From assembly GCA_034927595.1 (NCBI GenBank), contig JAYFPQ010000017.1, forward strand, positions 34,224 through 98,223: 64,000 bases of DNA, written 5' to 3'. The stretch is from Christensenella sp. GTDB taxonomy: Bacteria > Bacillota > Clostridia > Christensenellales > CAG-138. Under the pieces are notes generated by a model that saw only the letters and a program-made list of their open reading frames with translations, was not told where the DNA came from and ran no database searches. The translations under genes and the position numbers were made by a program. Below are positions 43,454 through 51,780 of the stretch, piece by piece (within the stretch, counting starts at the first letter, position 1; every line of letters starts with the position of its first letter).

Positions 43454-44479
43454 ATGGAATGGAAGCGCGCCGCGCGCTCAGCCCTGGCGCTTGTAATGGT
43501 TTTGGCAAGCTTGCCTCTGCTGGGGTGCTCCCGCGGGAACACCGAGCAGGGACCTTCGATTAGCCTCGGCGTGGCGATTTACAACGGGGACGACACGTTC
43601 ATTTCGAACATGATGCTCTCGCTCACCGAGATTGCCGCGCGCTACGAGCAGGACACGGGTACCCGCGTCTACGTGAACCTCACGGACGCGCAGGAGAACC
43701 AGACGAACCAAAACAAGCAGATCGACCGGTTCGTTTCAATGAACTACGACGTGCTCTGCGTCAACCTCGTGGATCGCACGGACGCTTCCTACACGATTGA
43801 CCGCGCAATGGACGCGGACATCCCGGTGGTCTTCTTTAACCGCGAGCCGGTGCAGGAGGACCTCCAAAAATGGGATCGAATTTACTACGTCGGCACCGAC
43901 CCGGCGGAGAACGGGCGGCTGGAGGGGCAGATCGTCGTGGACGCCTACAAGGCGGACCCCGCGCGCTTCGATAAAAACGGCGACGGCATCGTGCAATACA
44001 TCATCATCGAGGGCGAAATTCGCCATCAGGACGCGATGATTCGAACGGAGGTATCCGTCCAAACGCTCAAGGACGCGGGCATTGAACTCGAAAAGCTCGA
44101 CGGCGGCATCGCAAGCTGGGTGCGCAGTCAGGCGGCGGCACTCTCCGATCAGTATTTTGAAAAGTACGGCGATCAGATTGAGCTGATCATCTGCAACAAC
44201 GACGACATGGCGCTTGGCGTAATCGACACGGTCGAGCGGCGGGGGCTTTCGTTTAACAACATCGTCGGCATCGACGGGACGCCCGCGGGGCTAGCCGCCG
44301 TGGAGCAGGGCAAGATGCTTGGCACGGTGGTCATCGACTACGCCACGCAGGCCAAGCTCATCTTTGACCTCGCCAGCACCCTCGCGGTGGACGGCGACCC
44401 GAAGCAGGTCGTCGATATGGGCGCCGACCGAACGGTACGCGCACCAATGTATGTGGTAAAGGCGGATTTCATTCCGTAA
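43454..44479 (+). CDS. MglB-like galactose/glucose-binding lipoprotein paralogue (in the sensor operon)
   Basis: 341 aa. Lipobox LPLLGC. ISLGVAIYNGDDTFIS..., NKQIDRFVSMNYDVLCVNLVD, DIPVVFFNREP and ICNNDDMALG align by eye with the downstream MglB. Confidence 0.8.
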   Translation: MEWKRAARSALALVMVLASLPLLGCSRGNTEQGPSISLGVAIYNGDDTFISNMMLSLTEIAARYEQDTGTRVYVNLTDAQENQTNQNKQIDRFVSMNYDVLCVNLVDRTDASYTIDRAMDADIPVVFFNREPVQEDLQKWDRIYYVGTDPAENGRLEGQIVVDAYKADPARFDKNGDGIVQYIIIEGEIRHQDAMIRTEVSVQTLKDAGIELEKLDGGIASWVRSQAAALSDQYFEKYGDQIELIICNNDDMALGVIDTVERRGLSFNNIVGIDGTPAGLAAVEQGKMLGTVVIDYATQAKLIFDLASTLAVDGDPKQVVDMGADRTVRAPMYVVKADFIP

Positions 44480-44516
44480 CGGCGGGTTTTGCCGCGTTTC
44501 GCCGGACGAAACCGGA

Positions 44517-44537
44517 GAAATTCGGTTTGATTCCTGG
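44517..44537 (+). promoter_or_regulatory. second copy of the conserved box GAAATTCGGTTTGATTCCTGG
   Basis: The exact 12-mer TTCGGTTTGATT (44521..44532) is shared with 38841..38852. CGCCGGA(C/T)GAA precedes both copies (44500..44510 here). Confidence 0.5.
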
Positions 44538-44574
44538 AAATCGGGATTTTATCGGTAAAATCGCGAAAAAATGG

Positions 44575-44604
44575 ATTGTTGCCGACTCGAAAATCTATTA
44601 TAAT
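44575..44604 (+). promoter_or_regulatory. candidate promoter upstream of mglB
   Basis: TTGTTG (44575..44580), an 18-nt spacer, TATAAT (44599..44604). Confidence 0.4.
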
Positions 44605-44645
44605 CCTAGCAAGAACTAAAACAATTCCTCCGAAATCACAGTAGA

Positions 44646-44681
44646 TTTTTCATGGATTCAGCGAGAATTTTGCATGGAATT
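44646..44681 (+). repeat. direct repeat TTTTTCATGGATT / ATTTTGCATGGAATT (CATGGA cores 22 bp apart)
   Basis: CATGGA occurs at 44651..44656 and 44673..44678 with similar T-rich flanks. Spacing is two helical turns, as expected for an AraC-type activator site. Confidence 0.45.
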
Positions 44682-44698
44682 TACAATTGATCGCCGTT

Positions 44699-44736
44699 AA
44701 GATGTGGATGTACCCGGATGACGGGTATCACATCTT
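44699..44736 (+). promoter_or_regulatory. long leader stem-loop just upstream of the mglB RBS
   Basis: AAGATGTGGAT(G)TACCCG-GATGA-CGGGTATCCACATCTT-type pairing: 16 bp with one bulge. It ends 8 nt before AGGAGG. Confidence 0.6.
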
Positions 44737-44757
44737 ATCTTATCAGGAGGAAATCAA

Positions 44758-45780
44758 ATGAAGAAGATTCTTGTGTTCGTGTTGCTTCTTGCGTTGGCTT
44801 TCAGCACGATCGCCTGCGCAGCGCCGGCAGCCGCACCCGCCGAAGAGGCGAAGACGGAAGCCGCTACCGAACCCGCCGCTGAACCCGCTGCCGCGGTTAC
44901 CACCTACAAAGTAGGCGTCAGCATCTACAAGTTTGACGACAACTTCATGACCCTCTATCGTCAGGAACTCGAAAGCTACTTCAAGAGCCTTGAGACCGAC
45001 GCTGTGAAGTACGAAGTTACGATCGTAGACGGCAAAGGCGACATGGCCGAGCAGACCAATCAGGTTGACACGTTCCTTGCTCAGGGCGTGGATGTGCTGA
45101 TCGTGAACCTCGTTCAGTCCTCCTCCGCTGCCACCATCACGGACAAGGCCAAGGCCGCCGGCGTGCCGGTTGTCTACATCAACCGTGAACCCTCCGCCGA
45201 CGATATGAAGGCCTGGGACAAGATCTGCTACGTTGGTGCGGATGCCCGCCAGAGCGGCACCTACCAGGGCGAGATCATCGCGAGCCTGCCGAACAAGGGC
45301 GACCAGAACGGCGACGGCGTGGTCAGCTACGTCATGATCATGGGCGACCCGGAGAACGTGGATGCCCAGTATCGTACCGAGTTCTCCATCAAGGCGCTCA
45401 CGGACGCCGGCATCAAGGTCGAAGAGCTGTTCAAACAGCGCGGCGACTGGGCGCAGGAAAAGGGCCAGGAACTGGCCGCGAACGCTCTTGCGCAGTTCGG
45501 CGATAAGATCGACGTCATCTTCTGCAACAACGACGGCATGGCGCTTGGCGCCTACCAGGCGATCGTCGCCGCGGGCCGTACGGTTGGCACGGATATCTAC
45601 CTGGTCGGCGTTGATGCGCTGCCCGAGTGCGTCCAGATGGTTAAGGACGGCACCATGACCGGTACCGTGCTCAACGACCACATTGGACAGTCCCACACCG
45701 CGGTTGACGCCGCCGTGAAGTACATCATGGGCGAGACCGTTGACACCTACCTCTGGGTTGACTACCAGAAGGTTGCGTAA
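44758..45780 (+). CDS. mglB: galactose/glucose ABC transporter substrate-binding lipoprotein
   Basis: 340 aa. Lipobox FSTIAC, then an Ala/Glu/Pro tether. YKVGVSIYKFDDNFMTLYRQ, VDVLIVNLV, VPVVYINREP, FCNNDGMALG and VGVDALPE closely track E. coli MglB as I recall it. Confidence 0.88.
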   Translation: MKKILVFVLLLALAFSTIACAAPAAAPAEEAKTEAATEPAAEPAAAVTTYKVGVSIYKFDDNFMTLYRQELESYFKSLETDAVKYEVTIVDGKGDMAEQTNQVDTFLAQGVDVLIVNLVQSSSAATITDKAKAAGVPVVYINREPSADDMKAWDKICYVGADARQSGTYQGEIIASLPNKGDQNGDGVVSYVMIMGDPENVDAQYRTEFSIKALTDAGIKVEELFKQRGDWAQEKGQELAANALAQFGDKIDVIFCNNDGMALGAYQAIVAAGRTVGTDIYLVGVDALPECVQMVKDGTMTGTVLNDHIGQSHTAVDAAVKYIMGETVDTYLWVDYQKVA

Positions 45781-45809
45781 GCGACTTCGCATCGGACTAC
45801 TGGAACAAA

Positions 45810-45844
45810 GGAATTGCGTGCGGTATCATGCCGCACGCAATTCC
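45810..45844 (+). promoter_or_regulatory. intercistronic 14-bp stem-loop after mglB (no U-tract)
   Basis: GGAATTGCGTGCGG-TATCATG-CCGCACGCAATTCC, a perfect stem. Confidence 0.7.
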
Positions 45845-45883
45845 GCATATCATCGTTCAACTCGAACAAGGGGATAACAAGCA

Positions 45884-47398
45884 ATGCAGGAATACGTGCT
45901 AGAGATGAAGGGCGTATGCAAGTCCTTTCCGGGCGTTAAGGCGCTCGACATGGCTCAATTGCATCTTCGGCCCGGAACCGTCCATGCGCTGATGGGAGAA
46001 AACGGCGCGGGGAAATCCACGCTCATGAAATGCCTGTTCGGTGTTTACAAGATGGACGAAGGGGAAATCATTTACAACGGCGAACACGTAAAGATTGACA
46101 ACCCGTTTGACGCGCTGCAAAAAGGAATCGCGATGGTGCACCAGGAGCTGCAGCCGATTCCAGAGCGGTCGATCGCGGAGAACATCTATTGCGGGCGCTA
46201 TCCGGAAACGAAAATTCTCGGTCTGATTCGGACCGTCAACCATAAGAAAATGTACGAACAGACCGGGGCGCTGCTCAAGAGCCTCGGCCTGAACTTTGAC
46301 CCGAAGGCCAAGCTCGGCTCGCTCTCGGTTTCGCAGATGCAGCTCGTGGAAATCGCCAAAGCGGTGTCCGCAAACGCGAAGATCGTGATCATGGACGAGC
46401 CGACCTCCTCGTTGACGCGAAACGAGGTCGACACGCTGTTTTCGATTATCCACCGCCTCAAGGAAAGCGGCTGCTCGATTATCTATATCTCCCACAAGAT
46501 GGAGGAGATCCTCCAGATTTCGGATGAAGTCACCATCATGCGGGACGGGAAATACATTGGTACATGGACGAGCAAGGAGCTCACAACGGATCTGATCATC
46601 ACCAGAATGGTCGGCCGCGAACTGACCAATCTGTATCCGAAACGTGAAAACGTGCCCGGGGACGTGATTCTTCAGGTCGAGGACTTTACCTCGATTCACC
46701 CGAAATCCTTTCGCAACGTCAATTTCGAGCTGCGCAAGGGCGAAATCCTCGGCGTTTCCGGCCTGGTTGGCGCGCAGCGCACGGAGCTCATGGAGGGTAT
46801 CTTCGGCCTTCGCGCGAGCGAACGCGGAACGATTACCTACCTTGGCAAGAAACTGCACATCACACGCCCGAAGGCGGCAATTGAAAACGGTATCGCGCTA
46901 CTGACCGAGGATCGGCGCGGCAGCGGCATCTTTGGCGTACTCAGCGTGGCGGACAACGTATCCGTCGCATCGCTGCAGCAATATCTGCTATTTCGCATCA
47001 TGCTCAACGACAAGAAGATCGCGCAGCTCGTCAAGGACAACGTGAAAAAACTCAGCATCAAAACGCCGAGCATCAAAACGCCGATTCAGTCGCTTTCCGG
47101 CGGCAACCAGCAGAAGGTCATCATCAGCCGCTGGCTGGCAAACGATCCGGACGTGCTGATTATGGACGAACCGACGCGCGGCATTGACGTTGGCGCGAAA
47201 TACGAAATCTACTGCATCATTGCGGAGCTCGCCAAGCAGGGCAAGAGCATCATCATGATCAGCTCGGAGATGCCGGAGCTCATCGGCATGGCGGACCGCA
47301 TTATGGTTATGTGCGACGGGCGGGTAACCGGCTTTGTCGACGGCGAACAAATGAACCAGGAAACCATTATGGAGCTGGCCACGCGCTTTGCTTCCTGA
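45884..47398 (+). CDS. mglA: galactose/methyl-galactoside ABC transporter ATP-binding protein (duplicated ABC domains)
   Basis: 504 aa. GENGAGKSTL, LSVSQMQLVEIAKA, VIMDEPTSSL, and a second LSGGNQQKV / LIMDEPTRGID. Confidence 0.9.
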   Translation: MQEYVLEMKGVCKSFPGVKALDMAQLHLRPGTVHALMGENGAGKSTLMKCLFGVYKMDEGEIIYNGEHVKIDNPFDALQKGIAMVHQELQPIPERSIAENIYCGRYPETKILGLIRTVNHKKMYEQTGALLKSLGLNFDPKAKLGSLSVSQMQLVEIAKAVSANAKIVIMDEPTSSLTRNEVDTLFSIIHRLKESGCSIIYISHKMEEILQISDEVTIMRDGKYIGTWTSKELTTDLIITRMVGRELTNLYPKRENVPGDVILQVEDFTSIHPKSFRNVNFELRKGEILGVSGLVGAQRTELMEGIFGLRASERGTITYLGKKLHITRPKAAIENGIALLTEDRRGSGIFGVLSVADNVSVASLQQYLLFRIMLNDKKIAQLVKDNVKKLSIKTPSIKTPIQSLSGGNQQKVIISRWLANDPDVLIMDEPTRGIDVGAKYEIYCIIAELAKQGKSIIMISSEMPELIGMADRIMVMCDGRVTGFVDGEQMNQETIMELATRFAS

Positions 47399-47413
47399 TT
47401 TACGGAGGACGAC

Positions 47414-48406
47414 ATGAGAGAAAAGCAATCTTTCGGCAATTTTCTGCTCAACAACGCAATGATCATTTTCATGATCGGCGCGGCAATCGTGGTTGGGCTT
47501 TTGCGATCCACGTTCTTTTCGATGTATAACTTTAAAAACCTCATCAGCAACACCGCGATTCGGTTCATCATCGCCGTCGGCGTCTCCGGCTGCCTGATTA
47601 CGAAGGGCACCGACCTCTCCGCCGGACGAACCGTAGGCCTCGCGGCCTGTATCGCGGCTACGTTCATGCAGGCGGCGGACTACTCCTCGAAGGTGTATCC
47701 GAACCTTGGCGAACTGCCGATGCTATTGGTACTGCTGGGCGTCATTTTTGTCTCCGTCCTAGTCGGCCTGCTCAATGGCCTGGTCATCGCGCTGCTCAAC
47801 GTACCGCCGTTCATCGCGACGCTTGGCATGCAGACCATTGTCTACGGCGCGTGCCTCGTCTTCACCGGCGCGCAGCCGATTGGCGGCCTTCGCAAGGATT
47901 ATACGAACCTCTCTTCGGGGTCGATCTTCAACGTTCAGATGTTGCCGTACCTCGGCTTGTTTGCGCTGATCATCGGCGTGATCATGTGGTTTGTTTACAA
48001 CAAGACGCCGCACGGTAAATACATGTACGCCATCGGCGGCAACGAGAACTCCGCCGAGGTTTCCGGCATCAACACCGTGAAAACGAAGCTCATCATCTAC
48101 ATGACCGCCGGTCTGATGTACGGCATTGCGGGATTCCTGCTTGGCGCGAAGTCGGGCGGCGCGTCCGTGAACATGGGCATGGGCTACGAACTCGAGGCGA
48201 TTGCGGGTTGTACGATCGGCGGCGTTTCCACCAACGGCGGCGTCGGACGCATCAGTGGCATCCTCATTGGCGTATTGGTGTTTGAACTGCTCAAGATTGC
48301 CATGCAGTTCATGGGCGTTGAAACTTCCTATACCTATATTGTACAAGGTATCGTCATCATCATCGCCGTTGCGCTCGACATTCGCAAGTACGTTGCAAAG
48401 CGGTAG
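47414..48406 (+). CDS. mglC: galactose/methyl-galactoside ABC transporter permease
   Basis: 330 aa. Typical RbsC/MglC texture (TDLSAGRTVGLAA..., PPFIATLGMQ, GGTSxxGG-like GGVSTNGGVG). Confidence 0.88.
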   Translation: MREKQSFGNFLLNNAMIIFMIGAAIVVGLLRSTFFSMYNFKNLISNTAIRFIIAVGVSGCLITKGTDLSAGRTVGLAACIAATFMQAADYSSKVYPNLGELPMLLVLLGVIFVSVLVGLLNGLVIALLNVPPFIATLGMQTIVYGACLVFTGAQPIGGLRKDYTNLSSGSIFNVQMLPYLGLFALIIGVIMWFVYNKTPHGKYMYAIGGNENSAEVSGINTVKTKLIIYMTAGLMYGIAGFLLGAKSGGASVNMGMGYELEAIAGCTIGGVSTNGGVGRISGILIGVLVFELLKIAMQFMGVETSYTYIVQGIVIIIAVALDIRKYVAKR

Positions 48407-48411
48407 TATAT

Positions 48412-48609
48412 ATGGAGCAGAAGAACGACAACCAGTGGGACGGTAAGCGACCGGACCCCATCACGCAGGTCAAGGAAGGCTGGTATGAAAAGCTGCTTGC
48501 CCGCGTACCGCTGACGGTGAAATCGCTTAACATCATCATTGCAATTCTGTTTCTGCTGCTCGTTGCGGCGCTCGTGATCGGCACGCTCAAGGGAAACGGA
48601 ATCCTATAA
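48412..48609 (+). CDS. 65-aa tail-anchored membrane protein, unknown function
   Basis: Starts 6 nt after mglC. A hydrophilic N-terminus precedes a single C-terminal TM segment (IIIAILFLLLVAALVIG). The RBS is weak. Confidence 0.4.
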   Translation: MEQKNDNQWDGKRPDPITQVKEGWYEKLLARVPLTVKSLNIIIAILFLLLVAALVIGTLKGNGIL

Positions 48610-48656
48610 CCGTGCTTCGTTCGCTTCAATACAGCGAGCCAACGAAGAAAACTATA

Positions 48657-48689
48657 CGCAAAAGCCACCCGGTAAGGGTGGCTTTTGCG
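48657..48689. terminator. hairpin 1 of a tandem pair (bidirectional terminator)
   Basis: CGCAAAAGCCACCC-GGTAA-GGGTGGCTTTTGCG, a perfect 14-bp stem. Confidence 0.75.
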
Positions 48690-48706
48690 ACTAAAAAACA
48701 CTTACA

Positions 48707-48739
48707 CGCAAAAACCACCCTTATGAGGTGGTTTTTGCG
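48707..48739. terminator. hairpin 2 of the tandem pair (sequence-related to hairpin 1)
   Basis: CGCAAAAACCACC-CTTATGA-GGTGGTTTTTGCG, a perfect 13-bp stem. It shares the CGCAAAA.CCACC / GGTGG.TTTTGCG arms with hairpin 1. Confidence 0.75.
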
Positions 48740-48873
48740 ATCTTGGAGGATGGCCCCGAAGCAATTGCACTTTCATACCTGTATGGTTCCAAAGCCGCCG
48801 TGCTGCCGTTTCCTGCTCCCTGTCACAGGAAGCGACCGGCTGGCTTTTAAGAAGAACTCCCGCAAAATCCTTC

Positions 48874-49821
48874 TTACAGTTCGAAAATGCGTTTGTAATT
48901 GTCGTCTATGGTCTGGACTTCCGCGGCGGTGAGTTCCCAGTCGCCCGCTTTGGCGTTTTCAATCGCCATTTCCGGCGTGGTCGCGCCCATCAGTGCGCAG
49001 GTGATGCCGGGCTGGGCGAGCACCCAGTTGATCGCGACTTCCGGAATGGTTGCGCCGCGTTTGTCGCCAATGTCCTTCAGAATCTTGAGCAGCTCCTGCG
49101 CCTTGCTCCAGCCGGGTTCCTCAAAGCAGTTGTAGAACCCGACGCGCTGCTCCTTGCCGCCGACCGCGGGCTTTTCGAGCTTGCCGGAGAGAATGCCGCC
49201 GCCCAGCGCGCCATAGGTGACGCAGCCGATGTTGTTCTTGCGGCAGAAGTCGACAACTCCGTTGTTCAGGCTGACCTGATTGAGCAGGCTCAGCGGCGGC
49301 TGGCAGCTGACGATACCGGCCAGCTCGATGCCAACCTGCATCTGTTCCGGCGAGAAGTTGGAGACGCCAACCTCACGGCAGAGGCCTTCCTTCTTCATCT
49401 TGGCGAGCTCGATCAGCGCGCCTTCGATGCCGAAGTTCGCGTCCGGCCAGTGAATCATGTACAGGTCGATGTAGTCCGTCTGCAGGCGCTTGAGCGACTG
49501 CTCCATCTCCCAACGGACGAGCTTCGGGCTCAGGCACTTCACGTACTCGCCCGCGATGCGGTGAATGCCGCACTTCGTCGCGAGGCAGACCTTGTCCCGG
49601 CGACCCTGAATTGCTTTGCCGACCGCGATTTCGGACTCGAAATGCGGGCCGTAACCCGGCGCGGTGTCGACCATGTTGATGCCGACGTCGATGGCTGCCT
49701 GAATGGCCTTGATGCCCTGATCGACGTCCACCTCGCCGAAGAAATCGTTGCCAAGCGCCCAGGTGCCCTGACCGACGACCGAAACCTTCAGACTGCTGTT
49801 TCCAAGCTGTTTATACCGCAT
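48874..49821 (-). CDS. aldo/keto reductase
   Basis: 315 aa. MRYKQLGNSSLKVSVVGQGTWALG, DTAPGYG, HWPD; typical AKR. Confidence 0.88.
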   Translation of the reverse strand: MRYKQLGNSSLKVSVVGQGTWALGNDFFGEVDVDQGIKAIQAAIDVGINMVDTAPGYGPHFESEIAVGKAIQGRRDKVCLATKCGIHRIAGEYVKCLSPKLVRWEMEQSLKRLQTDYIDLYMIHWPDANFGIEGALIELAKMKKEGLCREVGVSNFSPEQMQVGIELAGIVSCQPPLSLLNQVSLNNGVVDFCRKNNIGCVTYGALGGGILSGKLEKPAVGGKEQRVGFYNCFEEPGWSKAQELLKILKDIGDKRGATIPEVAINWVLAQPGITCALMGATTPEMAIENAKAGDWELTAAEVQTIDDNYKRIFEL

Positions 49822-49961
49822 GTTGTCTTCTCCTTATGTCGATTTTTTGATGATCGGATGATGAATGATGACCAAATTCCGGACGGTGCGTCGCCGGTCA
49901 TTTCGAATGTACTACGGTTGAACAACCGCGAAAGAACAGGCGCTTTCCACGCTTTATCCAG

Positions 49962-49990
49962 ATTATGACATATGCTTTGACAAATGTCAA
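49962..49990 (-). promoter_or_regulatory. promoter of the AKR gene overlapping operator copy 1 (TTGACAAATGTCAA)
   Basis: Minus strand: TTGACA (49990..49985), a 17-nt spacer, CATAAT (49967..49962). The 6-2-6 palindrome TTGACA-AA-TGTCAA occupies 49977..49990. Confidence 0.55.
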
Positions 49991-50250
49991 TGCAAACTGT
50001 AAAAAGAATTCCGTATGATTTTTACCCCAAATGGATACGAAAGAAAGCGCAGGAAGGGGATCCCTGTGAAGACAGGTTTTTGAAATGAGAAACGCAAGCA
50101 ACCGCGAAAAATTACACGGCTCAATTTCTTTCTTGCATCGACTGCGATACAATAGCAGAGAACATATCCTTAATTATGTAACAAGTCGAACGACGAAGTG
50201 CAAACCGGAAGACAGGCAAAAAATCTTCCCGGAAATTCGTGAAAAATGTG

Positions 50251-50309
50251 TTGACAAACGTCAAAGCGTTTGATACGATGACGCCAACAAACGTTATGAC
50301 AAATGTCAA
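50251..50309 (+). promoter_or_regulatory. promoter of the sugar ABC operon with operator copies 2 and 3
   Basis: TTGACA (50251..50256), a 17-nt spacer, TACGAT (50274..50279). TTGACAAACGTCAA (50251..50264) overlaps the -35. ATGACAAATGTCAA (50296..50309) lies just downstream of +1. Confidence 0.6.
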
Positions 50310-50622
50310 AACAGCAAGAAACACAAATCCGCAAGAGATTCTATTGTAATTCAGAAGAACCACGATCCTTCGACAATCCAAGAACAACCCCTACAAGAAT
50401 AATTTGAACTCATAGTTGAGAAACACTCTTTTACGCAAACGGTAACGGCTTTCTTTTGCAACGCCCTTTAACGAAAGCAGAACAAAAAACACTCTTCCGA
50501 AAACAAATTCCGCAGGATATACGCGAAGCAAACCACCTAATCAAAAAAATCATACACCAATATGGATTTAGCCAGAGGCGATATCTGGTTGAACATAAAA
50601 ACAATTAGGAGGAAGACACAGG

Positions 50623-51753
50623 ATGAAGAAATTGGTTCTGATCGTTCTGAGCATGCTCATGGTTCTTTCGATGTTTGCTTGCCAGAACACGCAACCGGCA
50701 GCGACGACCGAAGAGGCTCCCGCAGCAGCTGCTGCGACCGAAGCCCCCGCCGCTGAAGCGGCAGCCCCGGCGGAGAAGACCACCGAGGGAATGAAGATTG
50801 CTTACTTCGTTTCCACAATGGCCAACGAGTTCCACCAGGCGCGTGCCGCGGCAGCCATCAAGTATGCCAAAGAAAAGTATGGCGCCGAAGTCACGATCCT
50901 CGATGGCAAGTCGGATGACAACACCATGATCAACAACGTCGATATGCTTGCTACCTCCGACTATGATGCGGCGGTGCTGCATGTCTGGCAGCCGGATGCG
51001 GTCGCTCCCCTCGTGGAGAACGCAATTGATGCCGGCGTAGCCATGATGACCTTCTTCAGCCCGCTCGCGGACACCGGCATCCCGGTCTTCCGTTCGGACG
51101 AAGCAGGCGGTTCCTTCGCGATGGGCGCCAGCGCTGCGGAGCAGTGGGTTGCCGCGCATCCGGACAAGCCGGTCGTTACCGTTCAGCTTGGCTGGCCGGA
51201 TCACACGGAAGTGAAGAGCGGCCGTACCGATCCGTTCGTTGCCGGTATTGAGAGCGTTGTTGGCGCGGGCAACTACACCAACCTCGGCTGCATCGATTCC
51301 AAGGGCAGCGCGGACGCGACCAAGGAAGCAATGGCAAACATCCTGATCTCCAATCCGGAAGTCAACATCATCTACTCCGAAGCGGGCGACCTCACCCCGG
51401 GCTGCATGGCGGCTCTCGTGGATGCCGGCAGAGGCACGATGGACAACGGCGTACCCAAGACGGAAATCGTCGTGAGCGTCGACTGCCCGGTTAGCGAACT
51501 CAAGTCGATCTACGATCCCAGCAGCTCGCTGAAGATGTCCCTCGGCCTCCCGCCGATTCAGACGTCTGAAAAGATCATCGACATCATCGTCGGCGTCTAC
51601 CTTGGCGAAATCCCGCAGAAGTCGGTTCCCGCTGAGGAACTCTTCGGTGAAGTCTACCCGGTCGACTACTACAAACTGAAGCTCGCGGACGTCATCACCT
51701 GGTACAACACGCAGTTTGGCACCAGCCTGGTGGAAGCGGATATCATGGGCTAA
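50623..51753 (+). CDS. sugar ABC transporter substrate-binding lipoprotein (type-I PBP, RbsB-like)
   Basis: 376 aa. Lipobox LSMFAC and an Ala/Glu/Pro tether, then MKIAYFVSTMANEFHQ... RBS AGGAGGAAG. Confidence 0.85.
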   Translation: MKKLVLIVLSMLMVLSMFACQNTQPAATTEEAPAAAAATEAPAAEAAAPAEKTTEGMKIAYFVSTMANEFHQARAAAAIKYAKEKYGAEVTILDGKSDDNTMINNVDMLATSDYDAAVLHVWQPDAVAPLVENAIDAGVAMMTFFSPLADTGIPVFRSDEAGGSFAMGASAAEQWVAAHPDKPVVTVQLGWPDHTEVKSGRTDPFVAGIESVVGAGNYTNLGCIDSKGSADATKEAMANILISNPEVNIIYSEAGDLTPGCMAALVDAGRGTMDNGVPKTEIVVSVDCPVSELKSIYDPSSSLKMSLGLPPIQTSEKIIDIIVGVYLGEIPQKSVPAEELFGEVYPVDYYKLKLADVITWYNTQFGTSLVEADIMG

Positions 51754-51780
51754 CAACAAGATAGGTAAATCGCGAATCGC

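Noticed and set aside
48657-48739. Possible CRISPR or REP-like array, because of two similar palindromic units.
   Set aside because: There are only two units, 17 nt apart, each an A-run/stem/T-run terminator. There are no further repeats, leader or cas genes. I kept it as a duplicated terminator.
48612-48932. 106-aa plus-strand ORF spanning the mgl/AKR intergenic region.
   Set aside because: It runs straight through two perfect terminator hairpins and into the 3' end of the convergent AKR gene. There is no RBS, and the product is basic and low in complexity.
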